A stretch of DNA of 64,000 nt, taken from an uncultured Bacilli bacterium. GTDB taxonomy: Bacteria; Bacillota_I; Bacilli_A; RF39; UBA660. Below the pieces are notes generated by a model. That model had not been told where the DNA came from. It saw nothing but the letters and a program-made list of their open reading frames with translations, and ran no database searches. The stretch lies in NCBI GenBank assembly GCA_910584255.1, contig CAJTXV010000001.1, forward strand, positions 17,130 through 81,129, read 5' to 3'. Positions 63,673 through 64,000 of the stretch are shown here, in pieces; the first letter of the stretch is position 1, and the number at the start of each line of letters is the position of its first letter. A program made the translations under genes and the position numbers.

Positions 63673-64000
63673 CTATTATTTCTGTACCACTATTTAAAAT
63701 AAATTTTATATAGTATGGATTCTTCGTACCATCATCTTCAATCTTACCTATAATTATCTTTTCGACTAATGTCTCAAACACTTCCCTACTGAATTCTTCT
63801 AAAATAGTAGGTGAAGCAAAAATTTGCTTAAATCTATCAATTCGTGACTTAATATTTTTATTATCGCCAATAACTTTTTCATATTCCCCAATTTTTAAAC
63901 TCAACAACTCTATCTTATTATTTAACTCTTGATATTTTTTTAAATATATATCTTGATCAACTAAACCTTCCAGTTTCATATCTACCAAATTAGACTGCTT
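63515..64000 (-). CDS. Partial CDS (C-terminus; gene continues beyond window end): large serine recombinase-like protein
   Basis: Coiled-coil segment (DQDIYLKKYQELNNKIELLSLKIGEYEK) followed by REVFETLVEKIIIGKIEDDGTKNPYYIKFIL, the characteristic C-terminal pattern of large serine recombinases. The frame stays open to the window edge. Its 3' end overlaps the ileS 5' end. Confidence 0.5.
   Translation of the reverse strand, partial: KQSNLVDMKLEGLVDQDIYLKKYQELNNKIELLSLKIGEYEKVIGDNKNIKSRIDRFKQIFASPTILEEFSREVFETLVEKIIIGKIEDDGTKNPYYIKFILNSGTEIIDDLPKTRKETKKNGINKSESTVAQNNVSLSDNREWNARNSPYACEAFKRLYL

Noticed and set aside
63673-64000. T-box riboswitch leader upstream of ileS
   Set aside because: Firmicutes ileS usually has a T-box leader. 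Neither strand of the 330 nt upstream of the ileS start contains the conserved T-box motif (AGGGUGGNACCGCG) or a specifier/antiterminator arrangement. The region is instead coding (recombinase C-terminus).
1-64000. CRISPR arrays, rRNA genes, group II introns, insertion sequences with terminal inverted repeats
   Set aside because: No regularly spaced direct repeats of 25-40 nt, no rRNA-like GC-rich conserved stretches, no RT-like ORF, no transposase ORF were seen. The only tandem repeats are the in-gene microsatellite (7803-7845), the 39-bp duplication (54726-54803) and the intragenic module duplication.
1-64000. Alternative genetic code (TGA=Trp, Mollicutes-like) or TAA reassignment to explain in-frame stops
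   Set aside because: Long uninterrupted ORFs of up to 2788 codons are obtained with the standard code. TGA and TAA both terminate well-conserved proteins (rpsO, pnp, typA) at the expected length. The in-frame TAA codons are therefore treated as nonsense mutations.

Overview
This is an AT-rich (roughly 30% GC) Firmicutes-like chromosomal window. Nearly all genes sit on the minus strand. Housekeeping genes (gltX plus tRNA-Gln, typA/bipA, smc, rpsO-pnp, ileS, a Ca2+ P-type ATPase, an M29 aminopeptidase, a LysR regulator) are interleaved with four cell-surface or secretion modules. (1) A sortase-dependent pilus operon (3.6-10.5 kb) encodes an LPETG tip adhesin, a PT-repeat protein, an LPITG backbone pilin, a class C sortase and two SrtB-type sortases. 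Its predicted promoter carries an A9 tract in the -35/-10 spacer. (2) An 8.4 kb gene encodes a 2788-aa secreted protein with two tandem glycine-rich domains resembling the ALK/LTK-type Gly-rich domain, about 17 cadherin-like repeats and a C-terminal type I dockerin. (3) A Gram-positive-type type IV secretion module (24.7-36.4 kb) has a VirD4-type coupling protein, a SpoIID+M15 two-domain cell-wall hydrolase, a VirB4 ATPase split into two coupled ORFs, and VirB3- and VirB6-like proteins. No relaxase or recombinase is visible and it is flanked by core genes. (4) A 1207-aa protein combines vWA, Listeria-Bacteroides repeat and DUF285 repeat domains. A large serine recombinase C-terminus overlaps the 5' end of ileS at the window edge. 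Several genes are broken by frameshifts at A-runs and by in-frame TAA stops: an XRE-ABC ATPase, a dinD/Bro-N-like gene, a PASTA-domain gene and a 160-aa gene. No CRISPR array or rRNA gene was seen. All domain calls rest on motif recognition by eye, not database searches.
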